A stretch of 64,000 nt of DNA from the NCBI GenBank assembly GCA_964199315.1, contig OZ116700.1, positions 2,728,001 through 2,792,000 of the forward strand, written 5' to 3'. The notes under the pieces are model-generated. The model was not told the origin of the DNA and ran no database searches. It saw nothing but the letters and a program-made list of their open reading frames with translations. This stretch comes from Orbicella franksi (taxonomy: Eukaryota). Both the position numbers and the translations under genes were made by a program. Below, in pieces: positions 63,329-64,000 of this stretch; the first letter of the stretch is position 1, and every line of letters begins with the position of its first letter.

Positions 63329-64000
63329 TTTTTTGACCTGTCCTGGCATCAGAATTACTTTCCATGTAGAAATTGGTTAACGTGATAACAGGATAATTTA
63401 CATTTAAAAAGTGGTAAGGTTTGTACCGTAACAATGTCACTTCTAGCCTCTCGTCTGTTCAAAGGCCAAATGACTAAGCATGGGACTGTAAAATGGACTA
63501 TTACCGCAACCGTTTTCTGTGTTTGTTTGTGTTTTTCTGAAACAATCTGGAGGGAAACCAAAACCAATTGTGACGCTCCTCGCGTGGTCCATTTGTATGT
63601 TTTTTAAACTTCCAATAGACCTTTCCCGCATTCCACTTCAGTGCTTTCGAATAATTGCAGCAGAGTGAGGTTGGGGTGTGCATTTTCACACACTTGCTGT
63701 ATTTTTGTCCACCCTGACCTCGAATCGGCTCCATTGTTTGTTGGAATACGGGAAAGGTCTATTTTAATTGGCTCGTCCATTTTCGGGTCTGCGGTGTTTG
63801 GTAGGAAAATTGTTTTGCTTTTTTGGAGGACATTACAAAACCATTCTAATTACAGGATGATTTCGGTGAAATTCGAGTGGAACTAGATGAGAGCACGCCG
63901 CCTGTCGACGATGACCGGAAGCAATTAGAAGACAGAGACGCCACTTGTGGACTGCTTTGTGGATCATCGGTCGCGGTACCTGAAAGAGTGGATGACTTGG
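9969..64000 (+). CDS. VPS13: VPS13A/C-like bridge-like lipid transfer protein (chorein family), 93 exons in window, 3' truncated
   Basis: Starts MFESLVASILNGILGKYIKDLDSSNLNLGILKG (chorein-N); later hallmarks IPWTDL, KNIHFRYED, YYNECLAAWEPLLEP, TIRSPLQVQN, YPPLVVHNRLPF, YSPYWLINKTG, FSLDAVG, YTWDDPRG. About 10,240 coding nt assembled with unbroken phase. ATG2_C and PH parts lie beyond the window. Exon lists are in the block features below. Confidence 0.97.
10861..11071. mobile_element. MITE (superfamily unresolved)
   Basis: TGTGCAGTTCCAGAAAATATCCATAC ... GTATTCATATTTTCTGGAACTACACA, about 26-bp TIRs. Confidence 0.75.
11386..11428. repeat. Short palindrome (about 21-bp arms)
   Basis: TTCGCTACTAGAGGGCTATTA G TAATAGCTCTCTAGTAGTGAA; both mismatches are G-T wobble compatible. 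Confidence 0.8.
11540..11655. mobile_element. Palindromic MITE
   Basis: AACAATTAGACCC..GGGTCAATAGCCCAT / ATGGGCTATTGACCC..GGGTCTAATTGTT fold-back structure. Confidence 0.7.
12130..12440 (-). mobile_element. tRNA-derived SINE, family A
   Basis: Reverse strand starts GGGAGGCATAGTGGTCTGATGGTAAGTGC (A-box-like) ..GGTTCAAGCC (B-box-like); body homologous to 28661-28970. Confidence 0.85.
12470..12637 (-). mobile_element. Partial tRNA-derived SINE, family A (tandem with previous copy)
   Basis: Shares CACCTGGGTGG-GAGG-CACTGTGAGAGTAAA body and GGGAGG head with 12130-12440. Confidence 0.75.
13576..13640. repeat. AT-rich tandem repeat, about 24-bp unit x2.5
   Basis: AAATATAATTAAAAATAAATAATA repeated. 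Confidence 0.7.
14217..14651. mobile_element. Degenerate MITE with CC(C)GGGG-type termini
   Basis: CCAGGTGGGAGGG..GGTACTC ... GAAGTTAACCCCCTGG; termini resemble those of 62452-62856. Confidence 0.5.
16556..16673. mobile_element. MITE with TAG...CTA termini and 9-bp TSD
   Basis: GGTTTATCA|TAGGCTGCGTTGCGGGCGTAAA ... TTAACGCCTACTACGCAGGCTA|GGTTTATCA (perfect TSD). Confidence 0.85.
17195..17400 (-). mobile_element. Repeat with internal, partly deleted tRNA-like core
   Basis: Reverse strand contains ATAGCTCAGTTGGTAGAGCAGTGC, shared with 32738-32761; the T-arm half is missing. Confidence 0.6.
18115..18332. mobile_element. Kolobok-like TTAA MITE family K1, degenerate copy
   Basis: Body GAGTTATTTTGGCCAC..AAGGATGGAGAAGATTAAC..CAAACGACGAA matches the reverse complement of 21427-21660; TTAA at right end. 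Confidence 0.7.
19555..19851. mobile_element. PIF/Harbinger-type MITE
   Basis: TGA|GGCCCGTCCACACTGGAGGAATTTGAAAACG ... CGTTTTCAAATTCCTCC..TGTGGACTGGGCC|TGA; 3-bp TSD. Confidence 0.8.
20533..20712. mobile_element. MITE with TAG...CTA termini, degenerate 9-bp TSD
   Basis: CAGATTGAC|TAGACTGCGAG ... CACTGTAGTCTA|CAAAATGAC (TSD 7/9). Confidence 0.6.
21371..21796. mobile_element. Tc1/mariner-type MITE interrupted by a nested element
   Basis: TA|CAGTGGAACCCCG ... CGGGGTTCCACTG|TA; a related right-end fragment is at about 15040-15078. Confidence 0.85.
21427..21660. mobile_element. Kolobok-like TTAA MITE family K1 (234 bp), nested
   Basis: TTAA|AGGAGCTCAACCACGG ... CCGTGACTGAGCTCCT|TTAA; TTAA TSD with purine-purine termini. 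Confidence 0.85.
23042..23394. mobile_element. PIF/Harbinger-type MITE with GGGCTGAAAT repeats
   Basis: TAA|GGACCTGATTACATGGTGAATTTC ... GAAATTCGCCATGTGATCAGGCCC|TAA. Confidence 0.82.
26749..26982. mobile_element. Kolobok-like TTAA MITE family K1 (234 bp), opposite orientation to 21427
   Basis: AGGAGCTCAGTCACGG ... CCGTGACTCAACTCCT; same length and body as 21427-21660; TSD decayed. Confidence 0.8.
27034..35082 (+). CDS. VPS13: VPS13 exons 35-49: groove repeat unit, copy 1 (508 codons)
   Basis: 27034-27196, 27976-28049, 28481-28623, 29505-29599, 30351-30491, 31246-31297, 31441-31492, 31721-31759, 32365-32496, 33086-33163, 33696-33898, 34223-34361, 34674-34746(GC donor), 34840-34905, 35009-35082. 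Confidence 0.9.
28160..28395 (+). mobile_element. Degenerate tRNA-derived SINE, family B
   Basis: B-box-like CGTTCAAGTCC, then GACCACCAGCTGG..GTTCAACTCC..GCCTCCTGCC..CCCTGAAGAGCCCCATTGGGGAGTGG; 3' part shared with 33935-34050. Confidence 0.65.
28661..28970 (+). mobile_element. tRNA-derived SINE, family A, near full length
   Basis: GGGAGGCGCGGTGGCCTCATGGTTAGTGCG (A box) ..GGTTTGAGCCC (B-box-like); body TGTTCTTGGGCAAGACA..CTCTCCACCCAGG; homologous to 12130-12440. Confidence 0.88.
29912..30106. mobile_element. MITE with TAG...CTA termini, 9-bp TSD
   Basis: GTGCATACC|TAGCCTCTTACAGGCGTTCAGT ... ACTGAACGCCTGGAAGAGACTA|GCGTATACC (TSD 7/9, transitions). Confidence 0.78.
32080..32150. repeat. Near-perfect inverted repeat (hairpin)
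   Basis: GAAGCGTTCTCAAGTCGAATTACTC (32085-32109) and its exact reverse complement (32121-32145), 11-nt loop. Confidence 0.92.
32640..32875 (+). mobile_element. Dispersed repeat with central tRNA-like module
   Basis: TAGCTCAGTTGGTAGAGC (A box), GGTTGGAATCC (mutated B box), then CCTGAA-T-run-TTCAGG hairpin; related to 17195-17400. Outer boundaries approximate. Confidence 0.65.
33935..34050 (+). mobile_element. 3' fragment of SINE family B
   Basis: TTGTAAATAGCCAACTGGTCTGTCCCCTGCCAGTTGAGATT..GGCCCTGAAAAGCCCCA; matches 28160-28395 and reverse of 49775-49830. Confidence 0.65.
35381..43963 (+). CDS. VPS13: VPS13 exons 50-63: groove repeat unit, copy 2 (519 codons)
   Basis: 35381-35537, 35977-36050, 36550-36692, 37331-37497, 38766-38817, 39230-39281, 39639-39677, 40124-40264, 40450-40527, 41758-41987, 42540-42687, 43092-43179, 43517-43597, 43857-43963. 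Confidence 0.9.
36784..37057. mobile_element. Harbinger-like MITE
   Basis: TTA|GGGCCTCTCCATATG ... TTATGAAGAGGCCC; short imperfect TIRs, right TSD imperfect. Confidence 0.55.
37903..38656 (+). mobile_element. Non-autonomous PIF/Harbinger element with frameshifted MADF (Myb/SANT-like) ORF
   Basis: TTA|AGGCTGGTTTCCATACGATCGCAGACGATCGC ... GCGATCATATGGAAACCAGCCT|TTA; GCGATC subterminal arrays; internal EKFTEEFARYQCVYHRNSKDFKDKNK / KANCWEKIGEKFNLSAAEAEVKSRNIRTAYGRYLKRLK. Confidence 0.88.
40560..41625. repeat. (TCA/TCC/CAT)-rich low-complexity tract split by the K2 insertion
   Basis: CATCCTCATCATCG.. at 40560-40660 and CATCTTCATCTTCATCTCCATCATCATC.. at 41463-41625. Confidence 0.7.
40666..41458. 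mobile_element. Kolobok-like non-autonomous element, 793 bp (family K2)
   Basis: TTAA|AGGCCCATTAACCGAT..CGTTGCTAAGGA ... TCCTTAGCAACG..ATCGGTTAATGGGCCC|TTAA. Confidence 0.82.
44190..44460. mobile_element. Harbinger-like MITE with internal direct repeat of about 110 bp
   Basis: TAA|GGGAGCGTTTCTTTGG..; AAGAACCGGTGAATCCA..TTTCTTTGATGCGCCACGATCTGAGTGAT occurs twice; right TIR decayed. Confidence 0.6.
44651..51155 (+). CDS. VPS13: VPS13 exons 64-74: distal groove up to the VAB region
   Basis: 44651-44829, 44929-45032, 45530-45897, 46560-46676, 47357-47518, 48459-48561, 48759-48811, 49263-49382, 49977-50102 (YYNECLAAWEPLLEP), 50250-50449, 50849-51155. Confidence 0.88.
47555..47630. repeat. Degenerate pentanucleotide microsatellite (ATTGC/GTTGC/ATTAC)n
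   Basis: CATTACATTGCGTTGCGTTGTGTTGCGTTGCGTTGTATTGCATTGCATTGC.. Confidence 0.85.
48855..49155 (+). mobile_element. L2/CR1-group LINE 3' end
   Basis: 48860-48985 encodes FGLAAPRLWNKLALQIRLSSSEALFKANLKTYLFKRAF* (typical ORF2 C-terminus); UTR TGTAAAGCGC..GGCG..AATAAAT and (ATTT)n tail. Confidence 0.85.
49775..49925 (-). mobile_element. Internally deleted tRNA-derived SINE, family B
   Basis: Reverse strand GGAGGCGGCGTGGCCGAGTGTTTAGGACGCCGGGCTTGAAATCC head; 3' part matches family B. Confidence 0.7.
51439..64000 (+). CDS. VPS13: VPS13 exons 75-93: VAB (adaptor-binding) repeats with large insertion; truncated
   Basis: 51439-51507, 52028-52069, 52743-53319, 53744-53892, 54277-54369, 54987-55067, 55193-55365, 55671-55788, 56333-56461, 57046(or 57043)-57138, 58020-58130, 58424-58525, 58857-58943, 59454-59561, 60441-60527, 60854-60919, 61388-61650, 62259-62394, 63856->64000. 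Exons 52743 and 53744 are supported by splice sites and phase rather than homology. Confidence 0.86.
52130..52415 (+). mobile_element. Probable LINE 3' UTR remnant
   Basis: AT-rich tract ending GAGGGCCACAAG..AAGTGTCACCCTTG, similar in architecture to the end of the 7580-7985 LINE; no ORF left. Confidence 0.4.
53355..53608. mobile_element. Degenerate MITE
   Basis: Left ATTTATCATTTACTCAAAG versus right TTTTGGGTAAATGGTGAACAACCCTA imperfect TIRs. Confidence 0.45.
60012..60372. mobile_element. MITE with TAGGGAGCTT termini
   Basis: TAGGGAGCTTGAACAACGACGA ... GTCGTGGTGGTGGTTTGCTTAAGCTCTTA; its 3' part (AACGCACGTGCACAGC..GGTGACGTTCTCGTTGC) recurs at 8400-8463. Confidence 0.75.
62452..62856. mobile_element. 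MITE with CCC(T/G)GGGG termini
   Basis: CCCTGGGGGGGGGAGGAACTTTCATTTGAAAAGGTCGGGGATG ... CATCCCCGGCCTATTCATAGGGAGGTCTCCCCGGG. Confidence 0.7.
63071..63269. mobile_element. MITE with TAG...CTA termini and perfect 9-bp TSD
   Basis: AGCAGCAAT|TAGCCTGCGTAGCTTGGCGGTTT ... AAACCGCCAAGCTACGCAGGCTA|AGCAGCAAT; 23-bp perfect TIRs. Confidence 0.92.
63288..63334. repeat. (TA)n microsatellite followed by poly-T
   Basis: Direct reading. Confidence 0.9.

Noticed and set aside
9969-64000. U12-type (minor) introns in VPS13
   Set aside because: None of the 92 donors reads GTATCCTT or ATATCCTT.

Overview
Eukaryotic, intron-rich animal DNA; the repeat landscape and gene content suggest a stony coral/anthozoan (inference, not verifiable here). 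Two genes were reconstructed by hand, checking splice sites and reading phase at every junction. (1) Minus strand, 5939 to <169: 9 coding exons of a kexin/furin-family proprotein convertase (signal peptide, prodomain, catalytic Asp and His, oxyanion Asn; the catalytic Ser lies beyond the left edge). (2) Plus strand, 9969 to >64000: 93 exons (about 3,400 codons) of a VPS13A/C-type bridge-like lipid-transfer protein, truncated in the VAB region. The genes are head-to-head about 4 kb apart. Top finding: an internal tandem duplication of about 500 aa (15 + 14 exons, six exon pairs of identical length) in the VPS13 groove, at the same unit as in vertebrate VPS13C but apparently independent in origin. 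Also notable: charge-reversed substrate pockets, extra active-site cysteines and a doubled maturation site in the convertase; large insertions in VPS13, one with tandem RxxSEP motifs; three GC-AG introns; many intronic MITEs (Harbinger-like incl. one with a frameshifted MADF ORF, Kolobok-like TTAA, Tc1/mariner-like, TAG-terminal 9-bp-TSD), tRNA-derived SINEs and LINE 3' ends. Most ORFs in the supplied six-frame track are spurious.
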